From contig JAVKOQ020000043.1 in assembly GCA_031835245.2 (NCBI GenBank), forward strand, positions 62,001 through 126,000: DNA of 64,000 bases, given 5' to 3'. Position numbers and translations under genes: made by a program. Source of the stretch: Balamuthia mandrillaris. Lineage: Eukaryota. The first letter of the stretch is position 1. The number at the start of each line of letters is the position of its first letter. Below are positions 1-11,228 of the stretch, piece by piece. Under the pieces are notes generated by a model. It did not search any database and was not told the DNA's origin. It saw only the letters and a list, made by a program, of their open reading frames with translations.

Positions 1-789
1 GCGTTTGCGAAGATTATGAGTGGCAGCTTGGGTCAGCTCATCGTGTAGAGTCATTGGATTAGCGCTGTTCTTGTTGTTGTTGATTTTCTTCTTGTTAGAG
101 AGCGAAATGGTGCCATCATTTGGTGCTGGTAGGAGATCAGGAGCGAGGCTGTGGCGAAGGTGCGGCTGGGTTAACTCTAAAAGCAGCATGGCGTGCATTC
201 TAATCTCGGGCGGGTCTTCGTTGCTGGTGAGAAAGGGCAAAGTCAGAAGAAAGCAACAGAAATACATATACAACGGGCTTTGCTTTAGAAAGGACATACT
301 CAGGAGAGCAGAAACTGGCATTTGCGTCGCCAGGAGAAGAAGCAACCATGGACGTTTGGTAGGAAACCGCGGAGCTGTCGTTCTTCTCCAACCACCTAGC
401 AGCAATGAGCTTCTTCGGAGTCGGCACTACCACCGTCTTCTTGGTAACGATTGCTCTCGCTCGCTTCTGTAGGCCAGGGTCCTCTCGGAATACCTCCATT
501 TTGACTTTTTGTTGCGGTTGCCCTTGTGTAGAAACAACGAGATCCATTTTCATTCCCTCCTGCTGTTGTTGTGAAGACAGCGACGAATTGGCTTCTCTGA
601 GCGCTGTTGAGGAAGAAGGCGAAGAAGGCAATGATGACGGCGCAGTGAAGGATAAGGAGCGTCCGGAGGAACAAGTACAACTGCTACTGCTATTGCTATT
701 GGCGTGGTGGTGGTGATGACCCACAATGGCTATCGTGGCTCTTCCTCGTCCTCCTCCTTCCGAAGCAGAAGCGGTCGCTGACGATCCCT
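1..789 (-). CDS. Hypothetical protein, partial (runs off the window start); low complexity, two WH2-like motifs
   Basis: ORF 200-724(-) extends up to an AG acceptor near 790. A phase-2 intron (GTATGT ~299 to CAG ~225) joins it to an open frame DNEDPPEIRMHAMLLLELTQPHLRHS...LHDELTQAATHNLRKR reaching base 1. Upstream exons (to ~1350) are unresolved. Confidence 0.5.
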
Positions 790-2788
790 CTGAAAAAAGC
801 AGAAGAACGGAGTGTTATAGAGGTGTTATACTTGTGTTATGAGTGAAAAAGATAGGAATGAAAGCGAGAGGCAGCGAAAAAAAGAGAACGCGCTATAGCA
901 CCACGAATGCAATAACGGCCAGCACCACCTAACCGGAGATGTCAGGAGGGCGGTTGCCGCATTTTCGTGTTTCTCTTTATTAATTCTCTCCTATTACACT
1001 CCCTCCGCCAATAATTTTTTCCCTGCGCCTCTTAAAAAAAAAAAGAGAGGAAGAAAAAGAAAAGCAAAGGAAAAAGAAAGAAGATAGAACATAACAGAAG
1101 AGAGAGAGATAACAAAAAATAAAAAAGGAGCAAAAAAAAAGAAACAGGGACGAAAAAAAAAAGGCAGGAAAAATAAAAATACATACCCATGCGTACAGGC
1201 TGTTGAGGCAGGCTATGGTGGCTATGGAGGTGAGAATGGTGGTGCAAATGGAAGGCATGCTGAGGATGGTGGTTACAACATCCAAACGCGGTGGCGGCAG
1301 TCGACGTTCGTCGTGAAAATAATGTGTTCGCGGCAGTGCCGTACATCGTATCTCTCCAGAAAAAGAAACGATTTTTGTTTCAGTGGTTGTCGTTACCCCA
1401 ACAACAACAAAAAAAAAAAAAAACACAAAGGAGAGGAGGAGGAAGAGGAAGAATTTCGGTAGCAAGCGACCGGTCCTTCTTTAGTGGCAGCAGTGTATCG
1501 CTACTGTTTTTTTTAAAATAAACAAAATAAGAGAAAAAGAGAAGAGTAACAAATAAAAAAAAAATATATTCCTCAGCGGAAGAGGTAGCTGGCAGCTGGC
1601 GAAAAGAAACCTTCTAACAAGCGTGTCAAGTGATAGATACTCCGAACATGCACAGAGCCACCACCCACAGCACGCACACACAAAAAAATAATGAACAACA
1701 AACGGGTTGTTGTGAGTTGTCGAACGCTTTGAAAGAAACGCGCGGTTACACCACTTCGCATTCGTCAACGGTTGGTTCCGACGAGCGCCGCCACCGCCGC
1801 CGCGGGTGACACGTAGTGACACATCACTATGGTTTGAACCCGCAAAGAAAAAAAATTTCAAACGTTGTGAATGAGCACCTTGTATGCGTGAGGCGCGGAG
1901 GCACAGATAGGACGAAAAAAGAAAACCAAGAACAACTTCACGGGTGCCTGTCATCGTGTCTGTCATCTGCATCAGCATCCACCTCACCGTCGTCGCCCAT
2001 ATTCCCCTATGTGCTCAGGAAGGATTGCTATGAATGATGATTATTATGGAGGGGCGGAGATGATATTGATGCTATCCGCTTTTTTCGGTGTCGTGCGTAC
2101 TGCTCCGCTTTCCATCTAGCTGTTCCTTATTTGTCAGGGTTGTATTTTTTTCGTTCCCGCTACAACTTGTTTGAAAGGGAATCGGTTTATTCGGACCAAT
2201 CGGAAATCACAGAGAAAGTGGGAGATTTCGTCTGATTTTTGAGTGGTGGTGACATCAGCGCCAACGGAAAAAGCAGAAACGCGCTAAGAAAGAACGAGAG
2301 AGAGACTCTCATTCTTTCTCTTCGGCCAGCTTTTAGCGGTGCTGCGCTACAACCTCCACATCGTCAGCTGCTGTTCCGCACAACTCTAAGCGTCCGAGTT
2401 CGCCGCGGTGGAGGCCTCTCCCGACCAAACCCCACGGCTTCCAAGCCAGCAAGTCTTCCATCGCGCTGCTGACTTCTTGTTAGTGGAAATATTGCAGCTT
2501 AGGCTTGGCTCCAACTGGAGACGCAGAGGGACGCCCTCGATGGAGGTGATCGACACCGAGAGCCTCAGAGCAAGTCCAACCTTCTCAGTTCAAGATCCCT
2601 CCGGTAAGAGGTCTCCTACCTTACCTTGTTGGTTTTCTATCTCCCATAGAAGGACTGCCCTCTGTGGCCATCATCACTACGCACCTCTTCCCCTCCCGCT
2701 GCATTGTCGAGAAGGGCATCCCCTCCCACTCTGTCGGCATCTTTGGCGACCAGCGCCTGGTCGTCGTTTTCTGAGACTGAGAAAGCAA

Positions 2789-2789
<1 letters not shown>

Positions 2790-2838
<49 letters not shown>
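2790..2838. repeat. (GA)n microsatellite
   Basis: Perfect GA dinucleotide run; one of many in the window. Confidence 0.95.
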
Positions 2839-2843
<5 letters not shown>

Positions 2844-2931
2844 GAAGAAGCACTTCTATACAACGTTCTTTTATGTTTTTCTCCTTCCTTCAACTTATGG
2901 AGGGCTTCTTCTAGCTCTTTTCTTGTCCTAT

Positions 2932-4281
2932 TTAGCACTGCTCTTCCAAAAGAGCTCGGTCCTTGGCAATGAAATCAAGCGTCCACTTATCCAAAGGACA
3001 TCCGTTCTCTCTCGCCCATTTCAACAACTCCAAATGTCCCTGCTGGGCAGCCCAAAAGCCGACACTATCATCCCAAGGACATCGATTGGCCCTTGCCCAT
3101 TTCAGCACTTCCAGGTGACCCTTCTGAGCCGCTCGTACACAAACCTGTTCGTTCCAAGGACATCGATTGGCCCTTGCCCATTTCAGCACTTCCAGGTGGC
3201 CTTTCTCTGCAGCCAAGGCACATATCTCCTTGTTCCTGGGAAAGCATCCCTTTTCACGCATCCACTCCAGCACATCCAAACGTCCTTGCTCCGCAGCGGC
3301 TTTGGCGCAAGCCTTCTTTTTCATCGGGCAGCCGTTCTCCTGTGCCCATCTCAACACCTCAAAATGTCCACTCATAGCAGCAAGCGTGCAGACCTCCTCG
3401 TCCCAAGACAGCCCGTTCTCTCTTACCCATTTCAACACCTCCAAATGTCCGTTCTCTGCAGCAAATGATGCCATTTCTTCTTCCCAAGTGCCTCCGTTGT
3501 CTAGGACCCACTTCAACAATTCCAAATGACCCCGCTCTGCAGCAAAGGAACAAGCGTATGCTTCGTCCCACGGACAGCCATTCGCTCTGGCCCATTGCAA
3601 GACTTCCAATTGTCCATGCTTTGCAGCTCCGGTGCAAGTGTCCTCATCCCAAGGACAATCGTTCGCTTGTGCCCACTTTAACAATTGCCCATTCTTTGCG
3701 GCCTTCATGCAAGTGTTCTCGTCCCAAGGACATCCATTCTCTCTTGCCCATTTTAGCACGTTCAAATGCCCTCCTGAAGCAGTCAAGCTACAAGTCCTCT
3801 CGTCCCAAGGGCACCCGTTTGCTCTTGCCCATTGCAGAACTTCCAAGTGACCGTTCTGTGCAGCCCATTCACAAGTCAAACTATTCCAAGGACACCATTG
3901 CAACACCTCCAAGTGTCCACCCCGTGCGGCAAAGGCGCAAGTACCACAGTCCAAAGGACTCCCGTTCTCTATGGCCCACTTGAGCACTTGCAGGTTGCCC
4001 TGCTCAGCCATCAAGGCAGCCATCTTCTCATCCAGAGGACAGCCGTTCTCCTCCACCGCCCATTGCAACAAAGTTACGGAGCCGCACACCGCTCGTTTGG
4101 ACAGACGGTTTCGAAGGAGAGGTGGAGCACAGGCGAACCAGGTGGAGCATGTCCTGGCCGCAACGCCCACAAACAAAGGGTCCACAGCGGCAAGCGTGGA
4201 GCAAAGCAATTCTTGCGGTAAAGCTGCCCACGACCAAGAGGCGCACTTGTTGATTTGTTGCTGTTGGTCCTGTCGTTCCAT
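2932..4281 (-). CDS. Ankyrin-repeat protein (CPW/GHLEVLKWAR type) with an N-terminal F-box-like segment; intronless
   Basis: About 13 tandem ~27-aa repeats of the form CPWDExTCxxAAxxGHLEVLxWARxNG. N-terminal WAALPQELL...VAARTCSTW is F-box-like. ATG at 4281 (MERQDQQQQ), TAA at 2932-2934. Confidence 0.9.
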   Translation of the reverse strand: MERQDQQQQINKCASWSWAALPQELLCSTLAAVDPLFVGVAARTCSTWFACAPPLLRNRLSKRAVCGSVTLLQWAVEENGCPLDEKMAALMAEQGNLQVLKWAIENGSPLDCGTCAFAARGGHLEVLQWCPWNSLTCEWAAQNGHLEVLQWARANGCPWDERTCSLTASGGHLNVLKWARENGCPWDENTCMKAAKNGQLLKWAQANDCPWDEDTCTGAAKHGQLEVLQWARANGCPWDEAYACSFAAERGHLELLKWVLDNGGTWEEEMASFAAENGHLEVLKWVRENGLSWDEEVCTLAAMSGHFEVLRWAQENGCPMKKKACAKAAAEQGRLDVLEWMREKGCFPRNKEICALAAEKGHLEVLKWARANRCPWNEQVCVRAAQKGHLEVLKWARANRCPWDDSVGFWAAQQGHLELLKWARENGCPLDKWTLDFIAKDRALLEEQC

Positions 4282-4768
4282 GGAGGTTGTGGTGGTTTTG
4301 CTGTTTGTTCTGGTTGTTCGTGTCCGCGCTTCCTTTGAATAACCAGCAGTATGCGAATGAAGTGTGTGATTGTAAAACTTCAATGAAACAAGCCCAACGA
4401 ACCGGCTGGCTTGTTGTTGTTGGTGCAGAGTAAGTAAGGGAGCCTAAGGAGTCTCAGCATGGTTCGTGTCTAGAGCGAAGGGGCGGCCAGCGATGGCCTA
4501 TATCGTGGGGGATGGCAGGGGCGGCCGTCTCTTGTTTCGGTCCATGCCTGGCCTCCACCAACGCACCTTCACATTTGGCGCTTGTGAAGCAACTAGGAGA
4601 AAGCTGCTCAGAAGGAAGATATGAAGGACAAAAAGAAGGAAGGAAACCTGGTGCGAAAGGGAGCAAAGGCATGCCACTTGGTTGCCATATGGTTCTGCTC
4701 TCGTGTCTACTCTACAGCAAAAAAAATAAAATAAATAAATATAAAATAAAAGTAAAACATTCAGAAGG

Positions 4769-6129
4769 ATGAGAGATACCGATAGCGCAGATAACGGTGC
4801 CGCCTCCGCCACCCAACGGGAACGCTTGCGGTCAGGCTTGGCTGGTACTCGCGCCGACGGAGGAGCAAGAGACCTTCTGCCTTTTTTTGCTTCTACCGCG
4901 TTGCGGTGGCCGTCGTTGGTGATCGCCCTGGTGGCCGTCGTTCTCTATTTCGGCCTCTATGAGCACAACCGATCTCGCGACGAGCTTCTGGGTTGATCTC
5001 TTCTCTTCTCTTTTTTTTTTTCTGTCTTTCGTTCTTTCGTCTTCTAAACAAAACGTTTCGTCCAAACAAAAGAGGATTGCGGAGATGATTCTCTCCAACG
5101 GATCAGACCCACGTTGCTTGTTCCTGTGGATAAAGTGCTCTCTTCTTCTTCCTCTTCTTCTTCTTCTTTCGATAAAGTCTATCAACAACTTTGGAACAGC
5201 AAACAACGGTTCTTAAAGTATCAACTTGTTGTTCCTCCTTCACACCAAGAAGAAGGCAACGATACAAGCAGCAGTCATGGCGATGGATCCGCATATCTGC
5301 GACGAAAAGTGATCCCTTCTTCTCCCGGAGGACTTGAGTTCTTGCTTCAGTTCGTTCCTGGTCGAGCCACTCGCCCTCAATTCGCTCCTTCTCCTTCTTC
5401 TTCATGTTCTTCTTGTTCTTCTTCTTCAAAGAGCATTAAAGCGGAAGACGAGAAGCAACTTCAACAGCAACAACAACAAGAGGAGTTTGTTGTGGTCCAA
5501 CCGTTTGATGAAACACAGTTCAACTTCAACAAAGTTGCAGACCCAAGAGAGATACTCTTTGTCATCCGTTTGTTGGAAGAGGAAACAAAAGGAGGCGAAG
5601 CATTTCGGTGTCTTCATCAACAGAAGGAAGTAGATAAAAAGCAGACTCCAATGGATTGGAGAGAAGAATGGGGAGTGGTTGTGGCCAACAAACACCCGTT
5701 TGACTATGGGTGCACGGTAATTGTTTATCGACCGGAGATGCGGCTGCCGCAGCTCATCACCAAGGACAGCTTACGCCTTGCCTTTCTATTGTCGTTGAGG
5801 ACAGAGGAGGGGCTGCGCATCGGATATAATAGTCTAGAAGGTGAAAATCTTCCTCTTCTTTCTCTTCGTTCTCTTGTCCTTCTGCTTCTTCTGCTGCTTC
5901 TTCTTCTTCTTCTTCTTCTTCTTCTCCTTCGTCTTTGTCTTCGTCTTCTTCTGCTTCTTCTTCTTCTTCTTCTTCTTCTTCTTCTTCTTCTTCTTCTTCT
6001 TCTTCTTCTTCTTCTTCTTCTTCTTCTTCTTCTTCTTCTTCTTTTTCTTGTTGTTGTCTTATGTTGTTGTTGTCTTATGTTGTCTTATGTTGTCTTATGT
6101 TGTTGTCTTATGTTGTTGTTGTTGTCTTA

Positions 6130-6206
<77 letters not shown>

Positions 6207-7139
6207 GTTGTTATTGTTGTTCTTCTTCTTCTTCTTCTTCTTTTTCTTCTTCTTCTTTTTCTTCTTCTTCTTCTTCTTTCTCTTCTTGCTACCTGTGCCT
6301 AATGGAAACGCTGCATCATCGTAAATGTAGGTGGCGCTTCTGTTAATCATCTGCACTTTCAGGGCTGGTACCTTACGCCTGGTTCACCACCAAGATTTCA
6401 ACCTGGTGACGCACCACCACTTGCCATAGAGCAAGCCCCCACCCGCGTTCTTCAAAAGCATCCGTCTGGTGTAGAATTGCACGAAACAGAAGGTATTAAA
6501 CTTTAACATGTCGTTTTATTATTTTATAAATTTTATGGAATGACGATGCTCCCGAAGATTATCCTTTACGTACGCTAGTTTACGCTTCACATAACACCTC
6601 TACTGGTGCTTCGGCAATATTGTTGGATGCCTTATTCAAATGTATGGACTTTTTGGTAAAGGAGAATGTGCCTCACAACCTTATTTTCTCACCTCAGGCT
6701 CAACGGTATTGTTTTCGCTTTCTTTCGTTCTCTTCATTCGACCTCTCTCTCTCTCTCTGTCCTTCCATTCTGTACGTTCCTTTTGCTTTGTGTCGCCATT
6801 CTGCCTAACTGTCACAACAAACAGCATATTCTTGGTTCCTCGTTTAGCTTTATCGAAAATAAATAGCCCTTATCAACAACGATTTGGATTTCCTGAAGTG
6901 GCCGGCCACATTATAATAGTGCGTTCATGGCTTTACCCATACTTGCCCTTTTCACTAACCAAGTTGTGATTTCTCTCTCTCTCTCTCTTCTCTCTCTCCT
7001 CTTCATAAAGGTCAGCGAGCATTTGTACGATGAGTTAAACGATTGGCGTGCAGTGTGGGCGTTATTAGAGAGCATTGCTTTGCCAGAGGAGCTGTTTGCT
7101 CGCCTGTCCAACACCTGCGCTTGGTTCTTAAATAATTAA
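4769..7139 (+). CDS. GDP-D-glucose/GDP-L-galactose phosphorylase (GDPGP1/VTC2 HIT family) with an N-terminal transmembrane segment; multi-exon
   Basis: Motifs QPFDETQFNFNKV, NKHPFDYG, LPQLIT and LRIGYNSLEG, then after intron 5841-6330 GASVNHLHFQGWY (HIT-like HLHFQ); later VPHNLIF and FGFPEVAGHII. Intron 4992-5072 joins exon 1 in frame. Confidence 0.85.
5880..6290. repeat. Compound (CTT)n/(GTT)n/(CTT)n microsatellite filling an intron
   Basis: Long CTT and GTT triplet runs plus a few GTCTTATGTT units inside intron 5841-6330. Confidence 0.95.
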
Positions 7140-7466
7140 ACAACACCCAATGGGCTAACGATAGTGTAAATGGTACAATGTTTATGAAAACCCTTTTTAG
7201 GCGAGCAGCAGCGATGGAAAGTGAAAAAAGGAGAGGGAAAGATGTTTGACTCAGGGTTTAAAAGGAATGGGTCTCCTGGAAACCAGGAGGCTTAAATGGA
7301 ACATCTCTGCGGAAGTGCTGGAGTGAACCAGTGATGCAATCCAAGGTTGCACGGAATTGAATTCCCTGTAACCCTATTTATCAATAACAAAAAACATTCA
7401 TAACAGCCCACAAAACAGAGCACAACAGAACACCCACAACCTTGTGACATACTGCGCTGGCCGGTA

Positions 7467-7581
7467 ATGCAGAGCCCCAAAAAGAGAAAGAGAATTGCAG
7501 AAGAAGAGGAAGACAATAATATCTCCTGGTGGAGTCCCATTCTTCACCTTTATTGACGGTCCCAATTGTTTAACGTTCTTT

Positions 7582-7625
<44 letters not shown>

Positions 7626-8849
7626 CTCTCGCTCTCTCGCTATAGCCCTAAAGTGTCCAACGATGAGATCTTGCAGGAGTTCGTGGCGCATGTGCGTGAA
7701 AAGACCGCCGAGGAACCCATCCACATCGGCGTCTACATTCACAAAGGAGGGGCCGGCAAGACCACCACGACCACCACGCTTGGTTGTCTGTTAGCGAATG
7801 CCGGTCTTAGAGTGCTTCTGGTGGACTGTGACCCACAGTGCAACCTCACTCAGTTCTTCTTTGATGAATTGATTCAGGCCAACTACGACGGCGACTATCT
7901 GGCCTTTGTCAACGACGTCGAAGGCGAAAAGGATGAGCAAGGGCTGCTTCCTTCCCCCACCCTCTACGACATGCTGGGCGTTGTGCGTGACGCCCGACTC
8001 CTGCGCATGGGGGAGGTAGCTCTCAAGTTGCCTGCCCACAACTACGGTGGACGCCTTGCTGTTTGGGCTGGCCATCCGGACCTGGTGGATTTTGATGCTC
8101 ACCTTGCCTCCGCCGAAGCCACCTGGAAGGAGTTCAGCCCAAAACTGAATCAGCTGGGGGCTCCCTTCCACGCCATACGTCGTGCTGCCAACACCTTCAA
8201 GGCCAACGTTGTTCTCCTGGACCTTGGTCCCAGCGCGGGCGTGCTCAACCATTTTCTCCTGATGTCAAGCCACTACTTCTTCATCCCCTGCTTCCCTGAC
8301 TTCTTCTCCCTTCAGGCCGTGCGCTCCATGGCCACCAAGCTGCCCGAGTGGTACTATAGGAAGATGCAACGAGCGGAGGATATTCAAAGGCAACGCGTGA
8401 ACAGCCTGTATCCTATTCCCAACCACGCCCCAAAGTTTCTTGGCTCCCTCTTCAGCCGCTTTGCCTCCACGAAGAAAGGGCGGGTGAGCGACAGCGGGTT
8501 GACCACCGACCGCGCCGCCAGGAACATTGAAAGCTGGATGAAGAAGATAGTGACGGCAGTTGAGGAGCTCAATAAGTCGTTAAAGGAGAAGGCTCCAGCG
8601 ATGTGGCTGTCCGACGATAAGCTTTGCATCCAAAAGATCAGGGATTTTCACACGCTGGGAGCCCTCTCTCACTACTACGGCGTGCCCGTTCCTTTGCTCC
8701 GTGATGAGCACTTCAATCGAGCCGACGGCAATGGGAACATGAAGCCGATGCAAGAGCGTGACAAAAAGGCGCAAAGAAAGCAGGTGAAGAGCTTTCGCGA
8801 GTTGTTTGAAGCTGTCGTAAAAACAGTGTTAGAAAAGATGAGTCAATGA
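7467..8849 (+). CDS. ParA/Soj-family (deviant Walker A) ATPase with a short spliced N-terminal exon carrying a putative NLS
   Basis: HKGGAGKTT (deviant Walker A), VLLVDCDPQCNLT (A'), VVLLDLGPSAG (Walker B), FFIPCFPDFFSLQA. Putative exon 1 at 7467-7528 (MQSPKKRKRIAEEEEDNNIS) splices in phase 2 across intron 7529-7645. Confidence 0.85.
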
Positions 8850-8981
8850 ACAAACTCCTTTCTATTTGTATTTCATGGTTCCCCCCTTTCTCTCCCCTCT
8901 TCGCCTATTGCTGCTTTTCATGTTTAAACGTTAGAAATAGATAGAAATCAAAAATAAAAGCTTTTAACAAACCAGGTTCAT

Positions 8982-10530
8982 TTATGTCTGCTGCTGCGTT
9001 TTGTTTGAAGTGGTGGTCGTTCCAAAGTATCTATCTCCAAAGTTGCCAATGCCCGGAATGATAAAATAGTTCTCGTTGAGAGCCTCGTCCATCGCTCCCG
9101 CAACAATCTGCACTTTGGGAAAAGCATAAGAGATGGACTGAAGGCCCTGTGGAGAGGCCACCAGGGTGACCACGATGAGGTTCTCCTCTGGTACGTTATG
9201 GTCCATCAGCACGCGTAACGCCATCTTCATACTCTCTCCAGTGCCTAAAGTGGGGTCCAGGACTAAAACAGTGTGGTCTTCTAACTTCTTCGGCATTTTG
9301 TAATAAAAGAGCTGTTTTTTTTTTTATTTGCCAGACAAAAGGTCAGTATGAAGAAGAAAGGGGGAAGACGAAAGCATAACGATAAAAACAAGACCTCTGG
9401 TTTTTTCTTTCCGTGAGACTGAATCAAAATCTTTCCAACTTTGGCGTTCCGGACCACCTCCCTCGCTGCCTCTTCCATAGCTTCGCCAGCTCGCATCACC
9501 GAAATGAAAACCAACTGATGTGTGTGTAACGATGTGAGAATGCGACAATTGAACAAAAAAAGCTCAAGAAAAGAGGGAGAAAGGAGAGTAACTCACGTAC
9601 ATTACTTATGTTATTCAATATATCAATGCCATGATAGGTAGCACCCGTGGGAGTAGTAATAACTTTCTCCTCTCCCTTCACTGGCAGATAGTTGAGTGCC
9701 TCCTCGATGACGAGCCTCGACAACCGATTGGAAAAGAAGACAAAGTCGTTGAGGTCCGTGTTCTCATCGCGAACAATGGTGTGAAGAGATCGGATGTGGG
9801 GTGTTTGTTCCAAGATGTGAATGTTCTGCGGCGTTTGGGTCCATTTGGGAGGTTCTCGGCTGAGTTGAGGATAGAAGCCGCGTTGTTGCAGGGTGCTCTC
9901 GATGTGTTTGGCGATGAGGTCGATGGCGACCTCGTTGCGAGCACCTTTTGGTATTATGAGATCTGCAAACTCCATAGTCTTGACGCACACGGGAAAGAAA
10001 GACAGTAAGAGGGAAGAAAAAGCAAAGAGAACGAGGGGGAGAGAGAGGGGGAGAGAGAGAGAGAGAGAGAGAGAGAAGCATTACCGGAGCAACAAAGTCA
10101 TCATGAGCAGGCTTGACAAACTTTTCGTACTGGCGTATAACACCCATCACATCTCTTCCACGCTCCCGAATATCACGTTTGACTGTATTGTTTCGCACGG
10201 TCAGACACGAAAAAAGAAAGAAAGAAAGAAAGAAAGAAAGGAGGTGACTTACTCCTCCGAGAAAGACGAATGTCGGCGTCAGTGTGGACAAAGATCTTGA
10301 TGTCCAGCAGCTCTCTTATCTTCTTGTCGTGCAAGGCCAAGATACCCTCAAACAGGATGACGTCGGCGCCGTAGATGGTCTTCGTGTGCGCAGAACGCTG
10401 GTGCGTCTTAAAGTCGTAGATCGGCACCTCCACTCTCTTCCCTTTCTTCAGCAGCACCAACGTCTCGTACACCAATCCCCAATCGAAAGCGTCTTTTCGT
10501 CATCAAAGTTGAAAGAAAAATAATTAAGTG

Positions 10531-10571
<41 letters not shown>

Positions 10572-10880
10572 AAGCAAACCTGGATGATCAAAGTTATATT
10601 CGTGAGGGTCGTGCTCGGGCGTCAACCCCTTGTAAAAGTAGTCCAGGCTCAGGTGCGAGATCCACTGCACGTTGAGGCGCTTCACGATGCTGGTGCACAC
10701 GCTGGTCTTGCCGGAGGCCGTGCCTCCGGCCACTCCGATCACCAACGTCCTTTGCTTGGTCGACTTCACTCCGGCGGTGGTGGCGGCGGGGCCGCTCTCA
10801 TACCACGGCGGCCTGCCTTGCGTGAACGTGAACTTTTTGATGGGGCTGGACTGGGAGGGAGATACAAGGGTTGGTTCCAT
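8982..10880 (-). CDS. UCKL1: Uridine-cytidine kinase-like protein (uridine kinase + UPRT domain fusion); multi-exon
   Basis: Kinase domain: [61 protein letters not shown] domain: [52 protein letters not shown]. Confidence 0.92.
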
Positions 10881-11228
10881 TGTTTTTTTTTTAAGTTATT
10901 TATACCACCACATTAAAACACAAAGGGTCGAAGCAAGGGAAGAAAGGAATAAAGCGAGAGATAGAAAGGGAGGAGAGAGGAGGCCTCTCCTTTTTTTCTT
11001 TTGCTTTCTTCTTCTTTTCTTCTTTTTTTTTGTTTATATTGGTATTGATTCGGGTCGACATGATTTATTTGTCGACAGAAATAGGGAGCTGCGATTGGTC
11101 GGTCGTTGTCTACAAAATTTCGCTGAGCACGTGATTTTATTTCGTGTCGTCACGAATCTCTTCTCTAATTTCACCCGCAGAAGAAAAAGTGCAGCAAAGA
11201 AGAAGACTAGCCCTCGCCAACGCCGACG

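Noticed and set aside
2621..2938. Coiled-coil-like ORF (MLNRTRKELEEALHKLKE) directly after the ankyrin stop
   Set aside because: Short, runs into a (CT)n tract and has no recognisable domain; it cannot be distinguished from UTR or a gene relic.
3060..3920. Regularly spaced repeats resembling a CRISPR array
   Set aside because: They are the 81-bp coding ankyrin repeats in an open frame; the context is eukaryotic and no cas genes are present.
2704..4342. Several + strand ORFs with apparent periodicity
   Set aside because: Antisense shadows of the ankyrin-repeat gene.
5841..6346. Long poly-Leu/Val/Phe/Ser/Cys/Lys/Gln ORFs
   Set aside because: Translations of the intronic (CTT)n/(GTT)n microsatellite; splicing 5841-6330 restores the HIT motif.
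7150..7230. Sequence faintly resembling a tRNA 5' half (GGGCTAACGATAGTGTAAATGGTA)
   Set aside because: No T-loop GTTC motif and no acceptor-stem pairing.
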